Assembly (NCBI RefSeq): GCF_006345805.1
Contig: NC_043002.1
Location: forward strand, 22,568,001 to 22,632,000
Length of the DNA: 64,000 nt
From: Octopus sinensis
Taxonomy: Eukaryota
Direction: 5' to 3'
Shown in pieces: positions 26,805 through 41,929 of this stretch. Each line of letters opens with the position of its first letter. Positions within the stretch are counted from its first letter, which is position 1. Below the pieces are notes generated by a model. It saw only the letters and a list, made by a program, of their open reading frames with translations, did no database searches and was not told where the DNA came from. The position numbers and the translations under genes were made by a program.

Positions 26805-27192
26805 CTACTAAAGGCACAAGGCCCGAAATTTGGGGTGGGGTGACTAGTTGATTACATCGAACCCAGTGTTTCACTGGTATTTAATTTATCGGCCTTGAAA
26901 GGATAAAATTCAAAGTCGACCTCGGAGGAATTTGAACTCGGAATGTAGCGAGGGGCGAAATACTTCCTAAGCATTTCGTCCAGTGTGCTAACGATTCTGC
27001 CAGATCGCTGCCTTAATAATAATAATAATGATTTTAAATTTTGGGACAAGGCCAGCAGTTATGGCGGGGGCGGGGATAAGTTGATTGTATCGATCCCAGT
27101 ATGCAACTGGTACTTATTTTATCGACTCCGAAAGGATGAAAGGCAATGACGACCACAGCGGAATTTGAACTCAGAATGTGAAGACGGACGAA
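26805..27192 (-). mobile_element. Two SINE family A copies
   Basis: Family A reverse-complement motifs at 26805-27012 and 27030-27192. Confidence 0.8.
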
Positions 27193-27194
27193 AG

Positions 27195-28570
27195 CATCCT
27201 CCTCTCTGAATCTATAGGAGCATACGTAGAGCTGGTCCCTTCATTCGGAGCATCCTTGCCACATTCCCCAACAAAATTTGCTTGAAGGCAGACCTCACTT
27301 GCCTTTCCAAGTGTTATTTGAAAAAGTTGATGGGAGCTTGACCAAAGAGGAAGGTGTCTGTCTTCAGCCCTTTCAAACTGGTCCACCACACAACCTCTTT
27401 CGCGAAGGCCACCGGACAGATAAGCACTGCCTGTCCTTCTCCGCCCCACAACCTCTTTCACGAAGGCCAGATAAACATTGCTTGTCCTTCTCGACCAAAA
27501 GTAAGACATAGGGACAATCTTCACAGTGAACCCGGCAGTAACTGCATCTGCCTGCACGCAACAGTAGGTATTCGACATAAACTCAGAAGCTAGCAATACT
27601 CGGACACTAGAAAAGTACGTGCAGAAAAGTTTCGTCACTCTACGCGCATCTTGGGAAGACCAAGCTGACGGCATTTCTATGCCTGTAGAGTTTATCTCGA
27701 ACCGGCAATATGCTCAGTAGCCCTGCTAGGACAGGAATGTCTGGAAATTATCCTTGGGCTCGGAAAGTCCTTGGAATAGACCAGCCAGTTGAATTTCATC
27801 GACACCCAGAGTTATCCCGAGAATGTTGTCACTCTTTCCTGTCACAAAACTTCTAAAGAATGCCAAAATGAAACTTTCACCAACCGCATTGTCCCATTGG
27901 CAGTGGACTGTGATCGCTTGACGGCCCTTTAGATTATAGGCGCCCTGCTTCGGTCTACGCTTGATCCGAAACTGCAGCTGACTCAGAAAGGCGAGCTGTA
28001 GAAAAGCGAGTCTGACAAACGACAACCACACCTGCTCAGAATTGGAAAAACTAAAGATGTCACAGCTTCAGCGCATGTCAGGGCATCAGCTGCCACAGCA
28101 TGCCCAGCCCTCTACTCAGTGGATTTTGACAAGAAATGAAGTGCTTGACCAGTGGAACAAGTCCCTTCCACGGAAAATGAAAGAGTAAGCGCTCCAGTTT
28201 GCCCAGACGCGAACTGGAGCAAGGCACGACGATCAGGCGGTAATATATGACGCAGATGATGTATGCATTAGCCACCTCTGCCCAACCTTTCAGGGACACC
28301 TTCCTCTCGGCCGATTTCTAGGTGAGATTGGCTACTTTGTTCGTCACTTCGTCCCAGTTTTTCCACTTGGAGATTCGGACCAAACCGATTCATCCCATCC
28401 AAAGTCCCTGGACGCTGTTGGACACTATGGTCCTGCCTCTCACATTGTCGAGCTGCCTGCCCACTGACTTTTCTTGTTTGAATTTTGCTTCTGTGCATGC
28501 ATCGGCTCATATTCTTTTAGTGCAGTACCTGGAGTCCGACGCGATTACGGTGAGATCATCCGCGTATTTC
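27195..28570 (-). mobile_element. Tx1/L1-clade LINE fragment (RT C-terminal half to ORF2 end)
   Basis: YADD at 28555-28566 (KYADDLTVIAS). SLKGWAEVANAYIICVIYYRL..KLERLLFHFPWKG..PL..GLG thumb/tether motif. Internal duplication near 27388-27490. Many stops. Confidence 0.85.
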
Positions 28571-29239
28571 TACATGGTTTGTGTGTGTATGTATATGCTT
28601 ATATATTTACACATGCGCGTATGTATGCGTGTTTGTGTGCGAGAGTGTGTGAGTGTGTTTATGAAAGTGGAGGAGTCTATGTGTGTATATATGTGTGTGC
28701 GATTATGCACGTGTACGAGTCTGTGTGCGTATATCTATGTATGTATGAACGTTATATGTGCTTGCGAGTATGCGCGTGTGTATCTGTTTGTTTGTTTATG
28801 GCCATCTGGCATAACAGAAACAAAAATAAGACATCATTAAGGAATTAATGAAGACCAAGTGTTCTGTTTCTAAATTTAAGGATTCCAAAGGTTTGATATA
28901 ACCTAAATAATATATTACTTGCGCCAAAACAAAGGAGTAGAAAGCATATTTCCTACAACAATACACAGACTAACCAACAATAACAAGTGCCAGTTTACCA
29001 TTCCAGCCTCTTCGTCTCACTTTGCTCTTATCCACAGAAACGTCTTTCCTAGTAAGTTGAAGTGGGTGGAAAGGAAACGGAAGGAGGTGTTTCATTTTCG
29101 TTTTGTTTTGTGTGCAAGGAGTGGGGTTCTTTAGAGGAGAGCATTTTTATTTATTTATTTTTTACACTTTTAATTTTTTAGGAACAGCTGTTACGGTATT
29201 TTTTCTGAGATTGGTAACGTATAGTCGGTTATGTTGCTG

Positions 29240-29590
29240 TTGTTGTTGTTGCTGGTAGTGGTGGTGGTGGCGGCGGTGTCGGTGGTAACGGTGCTGCTGC
29301 TGCTCATGTACCGATTACGATATTGATGATGATGATGATGATGGCGATGATGGTGGTAGTGGTGGTGGTCATGATGATGAAGATGATGACGATGGTGGTG
29401 GTGAGGATGGTGGTGATGGTGGTGGTGGTTGTGGTGGTGGTGATCGTGGTGATCATGATGATGGTGATGATGAGGATGATGATGGCGATGGTGGCGGTGG
29501 TCATGATGATGATGATAATGATGGTGGTGATGGTGATGGTGGTGGTTGTGGTGGTGGTGGTGATGATGATGATAATGATGGTGGTGATCG
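29240..29590. repeat. (GAT)n/(GGT)n trinucleotide block
   Basis: Directly visible. Confidence 0.9.
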
Positions 29591-29594
29591 TTAT

Positions 29595-29812
29595 GGTTTC
29601 TAATTTAGGCACGAGGCCAGCGATTTTGAGAGTGCGAGGTTAGTCAGTACCATCGACCTCAGCATTTCACTGGTACTTTATTTTACCAATCCCAAAAAGG
29701 ATAAAAAGCAAAGTTAATAGGAACGGTATTTGAACTCAGATCATAAAGAGCCGGAAACAATACCGTAAAGCATTTTCCTCAACGCTCTAAGGATCGTATC
29801 AGTTTGCTCTCT
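29595..29812 (-). mobile_element. SINE family A, diverged
   Basis: ctggtactttattttaccaatcccaaaaagg...tttgaactcaga matches family A. Confidence 0.65.
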
Positions 29813-29934
29813 TGATGATGAGGATGTAGTTTAACCCCTGGTCTGTCTCATTCAGGCCTATGATAGAAACTGTTCCAGCCAGCCATGCCATCCTTTTGCT
29901 GGCCCAGAGTATTGTGCTTCTGTCTTTGTATCCT

Positions 29935-30352
29935 GTTATATGTTACAGTCATGCGACTGCGGCCATGCTGGGGCACTGCATCGAAGGATTTTTAGCCGAA
30001 TTAATCAACCCTAGTGCTTATATTTTGAAACCTGGTACTTATTCTATCAGTCACATTTGCCGAACCGCAAAGTTACGGGGGAGGTAAACTCACCAACGCC
30101 GGTTGTCAAGAAGTAGTGGGGGACAAGAACAAACACATACACACGCACACATAAACTCATATATATATATATATATATATACGACGGGCTTCTTTCAGTT
30201 TCCGTCTACCACATCTCCACATCCACTCGCAAGGCTTTGGCTGGTCCGAGGTTATATGAGAAGACACTTTCCCAAGGTGTCATGCAGTGGGACTGAACCT
30301 GGAACCATGTGGTTGGGAAGCGAACCTCTTACTACACAGTTGCGACTGCGCC
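29935..30352 (-). mobile_element. SINE family B
   Basis: Reverse complement of the family B head, body and tail, with internal (TA)n. Confidence 0.8.
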
Positions 30353-30605
30353 TTTCTTGATTTTTTTTTTACCTGGAGCAATAGGTTGTGATTTAAAGAA
30401 GATTTTTGCTGCTATCTTTAGCATTTCGACCGATTACATAATACTTTCGTCTGTGACCAATTCACGAACGTGAGGATGTGAGGATAATGGTTGATAATGG
30501 GGAGGTTGAAGGAATATGAAAACGACAATTGGGGATGATGGTAACAACGATGACGAAGAGAACGACAACGACGACGACAATGGCGACGACGACGACGACG
30601 ACGAC

Positions 30606-30638
<33 letters not shown>

Positions 30639-30761
30639 GGTGGTGGTGGTGGTGGTGGTGGTAGTGGTGGTGGTGGCGGCGGCGGCGGTGACACAATGAC
30701 GATAATGATAAGACGTTGCTCAAGATAGTGAGGATGATGATTAAAATGGCAACGATAATGG

Positions 30762-30812
<51 letters not shown>

Positions 30813-31384
30813 CGCTGATGTCGATGACGATGATGATGACGACTACAAAGACGACGGCGGGGAGAAGGAGGAGGAGGAGGAGGAGCAAGCGAATGATGGT
30901 TATCATTTTCACAGTAATAGTGATGTCGATGAAAAAGTATTAACCTTCCCTCAACCTTGAATACACATATACCCCACCACACACACACACACACACCTAT
31001 ATCATTCCAATACCATTCCTTCGTTGACATCACACAACACCCACTACAGAGCACCCTAACGGGTGGCCTTATTACCACCCATCAACAGATTAGATTTCGG
31101 TCAGGCGCGGACGAAATTAGTAACAATAAGTTTCAAGTTGCTCCCATTTCGTTTGTCGAAGGAAATCTATTTTCTTATAATTGTATTACATGTCATGGTA
31201 GAGGAAAGGCGGAGTCGTTAGAGAGTCAGAGAAAATGCCCCTGTCATATTTGTGACAGCTCTACGTTCTGAGTTCAAATCTCGCTGAGGTCAGCTTTACA
31301 TTTACAATCCCCGGGTCGAAAAAGAAAAAAGTACCAGTGATGTACTATACTTATATTCGAAATTGTTATTATTGGGAATATACG

Positions 31385-31990
<606 letters not shown>

Positions 31991-32014
31991 TATGATTTTT
32001 TTGAGTAAATTTGG

Positions 32015-32310
32015 AGCTTACAATCGTGAGGTTGTGAGTTCGAATCCCAGACTCGGCTGCGTATTGTGAACTTGATCAAGAAACTTTATTTCACGTTGCT
32101 CCATTTCACTCAGCTGTAGAAATGAGTTGCGATGTCACAGGTTCCAAGAAGTATCGGCCTTTGCCTTTGTCTTGGATAACGCTGGTGGTGTGGAGAAGGG
32201 AGGCCGGTATGCTTGGGCGACTGCTGGTCTTCCATAAACAACTTTGTCCGGACTTGTGCCTGGGAGGGTAACTTTCTAGATGCGATCCTATGGTCAGTCA
32301 TGACCGAAGT
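32015..32310 (+). mobile_element. tRNA-derived SINE family D
   Basis: B box gagttcgaatccc, core ttcacgttgctcc..cactcagctgtagaaatgagttgcga. Related copies at 48120-48385 (+) and 57230-57545 (-). Confidence 0.75.
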
Positions 32311-32397
32311 GGGTTTCAGCATACACACACACGCGCGCGCGCGCGCGCACACACGCACACACATACACACACACACACACATATACATATATATATA

Positions 32398-32437
<40 letters not shown>

Positions 32438-32441
32438 TATA

Positions 32442-33083
32442 TAAAATTTAAATATGAGGGAGATAAATTGAATATTAATTTGATTAATATCAATTTAAAA
32501 CCAGTAGCCTAGCATATATAAAAAATCTGAAAAATCAGAAAAACTTTCAATACATGTGTATATTTAGGGATAAACCACTAGGTGGATAAACATACGCTAG
32601 AAGAAGATCACATCCGATCTAACTACAAAGAAAAAATATTCTCCAGAGGAAATTCAGCGAACACCAGAACATAGGCGGGCAAGACAGATGAAAATTATAT
32701 AAAAATCAAGAATTAATCGTATACCGATTTCGTCTATTACCGAATAAATTACTTACGTAATACTTCGTCCGCAGACTCGCCAGTACGATCGTTCGAATTC
32801 AATATAATTTGAACAACTAAAGACTAGTTTTCCATATAAAACTAGATACGTGCTTAGTTTTACCGATTACATTGGGGTTATTTTCAAATGTCTAAGTTCT
32901 GGCGCGCTAAATTCCGGAAACAGTTCTGCAGCAGATAATTTACTGCAGTTAATGTTGCCAATTAGAGAACATAATTATTTTAAAATTTAAATAATGAGGG
33001 AGATAAATTGAATATTAATTTGATTAATATCAATTTAAAACCAGTAGCCTAGCATATATAAAAAATCTGAAAAATCAGAAAAA
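32442..33083 (-). mobile_element. Penelope/retrozyme-like unit with about 100-bp terminal direct repeats (540-bp period)
   Basis: Direct repeats 32442-32543 and 32981-33083, (TA)n flanks, internal hammerhead motif. Confidence 0.7.
32716..32789 (-). ncRNA. Type I hammerhead motif, A6G core variant
   Basis: Minus strand reads ATCGTA CTGGCGA GTC [insert with TATTAC/GTAATA hairpin] GAC GAA ATCGGT A TACGAT. 6-bp stem I, quasi-palindromic stem III, GUA triplet. Confidence 0.75.
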
Positions 33084-33098
33084 TATATATATATATAT

Positions 33099-33158
<60 letters not shown>

Positions 33159-33831
33159 TTAGATAGATATACTTTTTGGTTTTCTCTCCCACCCTTCCCT
33201 ATTCTTCTCCTCTCCCCTTCACTGTTCCCTCTCTCTTACTCTTCCTCCTCGACTCTCGTCACTGACACGTGATCAGACGTAAGCCATCTTTCCAACTGCT
33301 ATCTTCACCAAGATCAGACCGCTTATCCTGTCTCTTTGATAAGCTGTCTCAAGCGTTCAGAATAATTTTTCCATCTTCTTGACTTAACAACCCTCATCGT
33401 TTGCTTTTACTGTGTTATTCTCTTTGTTCCGTCTTTTACTGTTTCTTCTGTCTAGTTTTGTTTTACTGTCCTGTTCTTGTTACCATTTTTACCCCTCCGC
33501 AAAAAAATCCCAAATTTTATTTAATTTGCTTTGCGGGAAGCCTATTTCAACGAAGTCGTGTCTTGTCCTTACCTTCGAACGTGGAGTAGACGAAACAGGG
33601 ACAACTGAAGAAGGGGAATATTCCTTCTGTTGTATGTCTTGTACTCTGTTTTTTCTTTTTTTGAAAAAAGTTCGTTTCCATGTTTTTGTTTTTGTGTTTT
33701 CGTTTCACATTGTGTTCAACAGTTTTTTTATGTCCTGTACCCATATATGCATGTAATATACATATAGATGTAGATATGTACATATATGTATGTATATATG
33801 CATATATTTGTATTTATTTATATTATATATA

Positions 33832-33885
<54 letters not shown>

Positions 33886-33954
33886 TCATACATTAGATAG
33901 ATAGATAGATAGATAGATAGATCGATATATAGATAGATAGCCAGACAGACACAC

Positions 33955-34010
<56 letters not shown>

Positions 34011-34730
34011 TAGATAGATAGATAGATGGATGGATGGATGGATGGATGGATGGATGGATGGATGGATGGAATGGATGGACAGGCAGAAAGATATCCGCAC
34101 TTGTACACACATACATACATACATACATACATATGCGCGTGCAACACACACACGCACACATACACACGCACACATACACTTGTGTATTCAAAAGAATGCC
34201 AAAAAGAATTTCGACAAGAGAAAGAGGGAGATTGACAAGCAAAGTGAAACGCCAAGAAAACGAGGAAGAGAGATAGAAACATAATCGACAAAGAAGATCT
34301 GTGCCTGTGTTGTAAGACCGAAGAAGCTCTCCTACTTTTATCGGCAGCTACCAACGTATACCCTGATATCCTATTATCAACTTCCAGTGGTGAGTCTACA
34401 TCCTTGGGTGGGCCAGCTGATCGTGTATTTAACATAAAAATAAACAAATGACAAAATGTCGGCCCCGAGCGCTGAAAGAAACGAGCGGGCTCGTGTTGAG
34501 TACTAACGGCAACACCCCCTAGAAACAGCATGGTGGCAGTGGAGAAAGGTTACGATTGATAGGAAGACGTAAAACAAAGTAATGAAACTATATATATATA
34601 TATATGATGAAAAAAGGAGAACAACTATGCCAAAATTCACTACATCAATCTTAAAATGAATCATCTGAAGTCATGTCACTGATATCTTCGTTTTATTTTT
34701 CAATTTGTTTTAAATATATTTCCCTCTACC

Positions 34731-34905
34731 AAGGCGGTGAGTTGGCAGAGTCGGTAGCACACCGGTCACAATGCTTAGCGGCATTTCGTCTGTCTTCATA
34801 TTCTGAGTTCAAATTCTGTTGAGGTCAACCTTGCCTTTCATCCTTTCGAAATTGATAAAATAAGAACCAGTTAAGTACTGGGGTCGATGTAATCGACTAA
34901 CCCCA
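34731..34905 (+). mobile_element. SINE family A
   Basis: gagttggcagagtcggtagcac...gagttcaaattctg. Confidence 0.8.
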
Positions 34906-36006
34906 CCTCACTTCCCTCAAAATCTCTTATACCTATAGTAAGAAGGAATATATATCCCTCTATATAAATATTAGCCGTAGGCGCAGTGTGGTTGAATGGT
35001 TAAGAATTTTAGTTAATTTCCACGAAGTTCCAGGTTCGATCCTACTCCGTAACATTTTGTGCAAATGCCATTTGCTATGTTTCGGCTGCCTTATTAGTCT
35101 CATCTGTGTTATTAAATATCTAATGACAACATGTTTAAGTTTACAGGCCACTTTTGCAAACTGTTAGTTTTTTGTTTGTTTGTTCGTTTTTTTTTTTTTT
35201 GTTTTTTTTAAGAAATAGTAAAAACTTATGAAAACATGTTTAGTAGATCAGCAGAATCTTTAGACATACCTGAGTTCGTCAATTTCAATCTAATTTCAAT
35301 CACTACCGAGATCGACTTCACTTTTTACCTTTCGGACATCGATAAAATAAATGCTACCTAAATGAGTTCGATATGATCGACTATGTTCACTCGGGACAAA
35401 AAATCAATAGGGTTATTGACTAACGGGTAGATACTTTTGGCTACCAAAACGCCAAGCAATTGACTTTCTGCACATCTCTAAATTGCTTTGCACTGATGAG
35501 ACTCAGCTACGCCATAACAGTTTCTGTCTACAAAATTATTAACTAAATGTTGCAGTTGAAAACAAATGAATATTAAGCGGAGAGAGACGTTGTCTTCCAT
35601 GTAAATTATATTCTATGATAAGGGACAATTAAAGTCAAGTAATACTTCCTTCTTATAAAGAAACTGAACAACCAATAAGGAATAAACCGGTAAATATAAG
35701 TGGATTTGTGGGTGTGTATGCCCCGTTTTTTTTATTTATATATTTTCCATACTTTAAATAACACACACACACACACATACACACACACACGCACACACAT
35801 ATATATTATTTAAAACGGACAGTTTAGTTTAATCGTAAAGTATTTGACCGGAGTCTTCAAGGGATGTAGATGCTTGTTGACAAATTTTTCCGCTTTGTAA
35901 AGGTAATTTGCCCAATATTTCAGCTGTCTAACGGCGTCTCTGCGTTCGAAAATAAACCATCGCGCGCGTGTGTGTGTGTGTGTGTGGTGTGTGTGTGTGT
36001 GTGTAC

Positions 36007-36069
<63 letters not shown>

Positions 36070-36222
36070 AGTGTGTGTGTGTACGTGCGTGTGTAAGTAT
36101 GTATGTACAGAAAGAGCCACCGAAAATAACTGATAATGTGAATTTAGGAGTTTCATGTAATGATCAACGTGGAGCTCTGCATTATCTTTTATTCTTTTAT
36201 ACATAGAAATCTCATTACAGCG

Positions 36223-36299
<77 letters not shown>

Positions 36300-36739
36300 A
36301 TATATGCGTGCGTGTGTACACATATATATGTAAATCTGGACTACACTCACACATACATACATACATACATACATACATACATAAAGTAATTTTTCTATTA
36401 CCAAGCTCCTTCTTTCTCTCTATGACATTCACTTTTTTTCCCTCTCACTTTCTTTCTTTCTTTCTTTCTTTCTTTCGGTCTTTCTCGATAATCATCCCAT
36501 CTTATGACTATTACACGCTCTTACCAAAGAAAGTAACGTAGATCGCTCTTACGTCAATGGCGGCTGGCCCACGCAAAACGGAAGTGATGTCACATTCTTG
36601 ACAGATTTTGTTGTAGTTTAATCGTATAAACGGTTCAGATTAATATATAATTAATTTATTTATTTATATTGCTAAATTTATTAAAATATGTTCTCGGAAA
36701 CATAAAGTAATGTATTCGTGTACATACATTAACAGTTCT

Positions 36740-36892
36740 AAGCACGAACACACATATACAGTTACACACATATGTATATGTGTACCAGTGTTTATATATA
36801 TATATATATATACATGTATGTCTGTATTTATGTTTATATACGTGTGCATACACACACATATCTGCAAGTATATGTGTGTATATGTGTGTGTA

Positions 36893-36947
<55 letters not shown>

Positions 36948-36967
36948 GTATATATATACATACATAC

Positions 36968-37003
<36 letters not shown>

Positions 37004-37229
37004 CTGTGTATAAATGTATCTATGTATGTATATATGCATATATGCATATAGATGTGTATATGTCTCTGAGTGTGCGGATATATGAAGCCGCATATATTTA
37101 ACAAAAATATAACTATAATTACGGACACATATACGCGAAAAATTACATACATGCATACACGCACGCACACACACACACGCACACACACATACATACATAC
37201 ATACATACATACATACATACATACATACA

Positions 37230-37261
<32 letters not shown>

Positions 37262-37290
37262 CGCATATATACAGACACACACACATGTTA
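36740..37290. repeat. (TA)n/(TG)n/(TACA)n microsatellite field
   Basis: Directly visible. Confidence 0.9.
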
Positions 37291-37901
37291 CCCTGAGGAA
37301 GCTATATATAATTGCTGGCAGACATCCTAAGACGTAATCAACTTCCGCATTCCTCATCTTAACAGGTGTCTTGTGTTGTAATGTGCTGTATTTCTGTTCC
37401 ACGTCGTACATTCCATTGTCAGTCTGTCCATCTATCAATCTATCTGTCTGTTTGTCTGTCTATTTATCTCTCTAGAATTCCATTCATCTGTCTACCATTC
37501 CATTTACCTGCCTGCCTGTCTATTGTCCAGTCTACCTACTATTTCGCCTGTCTACCCGTCTCTTTATTGTTCTGTCTACCATTCCACCTATCTGTCTGTC
37601 GCTCCAGTCTCCTGTCTGTCTATATGTCTAGAATTCCATCTTCTTGCCTACCATCTCACATGCCTACATGCCCTGCCAAGAATTCCTCGTCTGTCTACTA
37701 TAACATTTGTATTTCTGTTAATCGTTTCATTCATCTTTCTGATAGGAAGATAGTCTAACCATCTACCTTCCTATCTTTCAGTTTATGTATGTATGTATGT
37801 ATGTATGTATGTATGTATGTATGTATGTATGTATGTATGTATGTATGTATGTATGTATGTATGTATGTGTGTATGTATGTATGTATGTATGCATGCATAC
37901 A

Positions 37902-37984
<83 letters not shown>

Positions 37985-38951
37985 TGGTATGTTGATAAGT
38001 GCCAACGCGCGAAACTCACGGACCTCGAGTCACTCTGTTACTTCTGATAAATAATATTTTCGCTATTTATGTAAAAGGAAATGGGATCCAATTCTCTAGA
38101 AAAAGGATATCCGAATTCTCTATAAGCTCTCGTTTTATAGACAAATAAACTATAATGGCTGAATGTTTTCCTGTCGAATTCTCGGTGCACTAACTTTTGT
38201 ATGAGTAGTTAAGTCATCCTTTAAATACATTAACAATCGAGGTAAGATTGTAGCCTTAAGAATTGGATTTGAAATTACATAACTGCTAGTAGTTATCCTC
38301 GTCAATGTACCTGTGATTGCGACTGGTTCACGTGGAATACATCTGTTACATTGATGATGCTTTGGGAATTGCATAATATCAATTTCACTCTTAAACGACG
38401 TATTCTTGGGGATTTTAAAGTACTTTCGATGCGCAAGAAATAACGTAAAATTCGACTTCAAATTCATGCTGTAATAAAATGGCGCCCAATCCAACATGAC
38501 TGACACCAACATAGGAGTATAGTGTGAGGTGTCCAGCCGTGATGATATTGTAAGTGATGATATGCATTGTTTTAATTCCTCAGATTTTCTTCTTGTTTAT
38601 CAACTCAACGAAACCTTTCTCTTTTTGTCAGTCTCTATAGTTTATGTTAAGTATTAAATATGGTATGAAACAACAAAGAAAGTTAAGAAATTTCTTAATT
38701 TAATTTGCGCTGTTGTTGGATGCTTGAAGTGAACCGCAACAATGGTCCACTCTCGTCGGTTTCACCCCCTATTATGTACATACTTACACATATACATTCA
38801 TATAAAATAGTGTACATTTAAACACTAGAGAAAACTACCTTCAATAGGTAATTTTTACACGCTAGAAGAAGCAGTCAAAACAACCAAAACCACATTTTAA
38901 GAGCAATTTTCGAAGGGAATGAAAAATAACTTTTACCTTGTTATTTTTTCC

Positions 38952-39018
38952 GTCATTCCCAGGTTTCAGATTATTTTAGCAATTAAAATAACTTGCTAGG
39001 CGAATCCTCATCAGTAAC
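38952..39018 (-). ncRNA. Type I hammerhead motif with a damaged cleavage triplet
   Basis: Minus strand reads GTTA CTGATGA GGATT cgcc TAGCAA..TTGCTA aaat AATCT GAA ACCTGGGA A TGAC. U16.1 appears mutated to A. The flank shares acgctagaagaag with the 32442 element. Confidence 0.65.
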
Positions 39019-39064
39019 CGTGCCTTAACAATTAACATATAATTTAAAGACAAATAACACGTGT

Positions 39065-39525
39065 CTCATCATTCTATGTTAAAATTTTTCAAAATGCTGA
39101 TGCAATGTAAACCCCTTGTATGACTCTTGAGTCCGGCGAAAGTTTTGCACATTCTATTACACAATGCACAGCTGTGCAGGCTTGCCAGAAGGAACAGATG
39201 CCACCGTATTATCTCTTTTGACACGCCTCCAACTGAGAGACACACCTTTGCACATGTTCTGTTGTGAACAATAACCATATGAGATTTACCATGGGTCGAT
39301 TCCTGTGAGTTGTCTGATGGCTAACCACGCCCGCAATACTCAAGCACCTCCTCCCATAAACCACACACACAAAAACAACATTCCTTCATTTTCCACAGAT
39401 TCATTCCTTCTAAGCCTCCTCTTAATCTTTTCGTGCTTCATTCTCCCTCAAACCTTGAACAACTACTGTGCACTCTCTTCCTCCATGCATCTCGGTTTTG
39501 TGCCTCCTTCTCACAATCAACAACA
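39065..39525 (-). mobile_element. RTE-clade LINE 3' fragment
   Basis: [24 protein letters not shown] and terminal CALCNRMCKTFAGLKSHTR, typical RTE C-terminal motifs. Confidence 0.7.
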
Positions 39526-39553
39526 TATATGTACATATAAATGTATATACATG

Positions 39554-39634
<81 letters not shown>

Positions 39635-39721
39635 TTATATAAATGTGTATACATATATGTTATATGTGTTTATGTATATATACATATATATATACATGAA
39701 TATAATAGGTATGTATGTATG

Positions 39722-39773
<52 letters not shown>

Positions 39774-39779
39774 ATATAA

Positions 39780-40468
39780 TTAATTGTTATCGCCATATTA
39801 ATATGGCAGTCTTATTGATATAAGACTAAAAGCTGTCGCTGATTAGCTCCATGAGGCCATCGCCTTAAGATAGCTATTTGACACACAAACTGTGTCCATT
39901 ATAACCTTCGAACAAAAGAGGTCAGCCGCTTCACACTGCTAGTTAGACAGCTACAGACGCGTTTCAGGGTATTTGCCCTTTGTCAATGTAGCGTAGTCGA
40001 CCCAGCAGATGTCGCCACTGATCGTCTTTGTTCGAAGGTTCTATTTACCTAGTTTCGGTGGAATACATCCACTTGTTTTCAATAATAGAAATATTAAAAT
40101 TACTTAGTCTCTCCAAAAGAGATTACGGCAGCGTTACTGGAAATTAATTGTTATCGCCATATTAATATGGCAGTCTTATAGGTATAAGACTAAAAGCTGT
40201 CGCTGATTAGCTCCATGAGGCCATCGCCTTAAGATAGCTATTTGACACACAAACTGTGTCCATTATAACCTTCGAACAAGGGAGGTCAGCCACTTCACAC
40301 AGTTTGTGTGTCAAATAGCTATCTTAAGGCGATGGCCTCATGGAGTTAATCAGCGACAGCTTTTAGTCTTATATCTATAAGACTGCCATATTAATATGGC
40401 GATAACAATTAATTTCCAGTAACGCTGCCGTAATCTCTTTTAGAGAGACTTAGTAATTTTAATATTTC

Positions 40469-40472
<4 letters not shown>
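39780..40472 (-). mobile_element. Penelope/retrozyme-like element: direct repeat plus inverted terminal copy
   Basis: Direct repeats 39780-39936 and 40144-40300 (364-bp period). Inverted repeat 40084-40258 with 40298-40472. (TA)n on both flanks. Internal hammerhead. Confidence 0.8.
39950..39992 (-). ncRNA. Minimal type I hammerhead ribozyme, U3:A8 variant
   Basis: Minus strand reads GCTACA TTGACAA AGGG caaata CCCT GAA ACGCGT C TGTAGC. All three helices are perfect, stem III is palindromic and the triplet is GUC. Confidence 0.85.

Positions 40473-41929
<1,457 letters not shown>

Noticed and set aside
29038-29051. 14-nt candidate micro-exon (ccacag/.../gtaagt)
   Set aside because: The splice signals are good, but the length is not a multiple of 3 and it matches no ASAP sequence. 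It cannot be supported without RNA data.
33585-33645. CTGAAGA plus hairpin as a hammerhead
   Set aside because: There is no GAAA after stem II, and the upstream GAAAC does not form a valid permuted fold.
34180-34330. Lys/Arg-rich segment (KKNFDKR) as a possible ASAP exon
   Set aside because: It does not match the expected KKPFDKAWKDY motif, has an in-frame stop and has a weak acceptor.
36545-36600. ETS (CGGAAGTG) and CRE-like (TTACGTCA) motifs as a promoter
   Set aside because: These short motifs are expected by chance, and there is no CpG island or first-exon evidence.
38347-38358. YIDD motif suggesting a Penelope RT
   Set aside because: The frame has many stops, the nearest MGS motif is too far upstream and no other RT motifs are recognisable.
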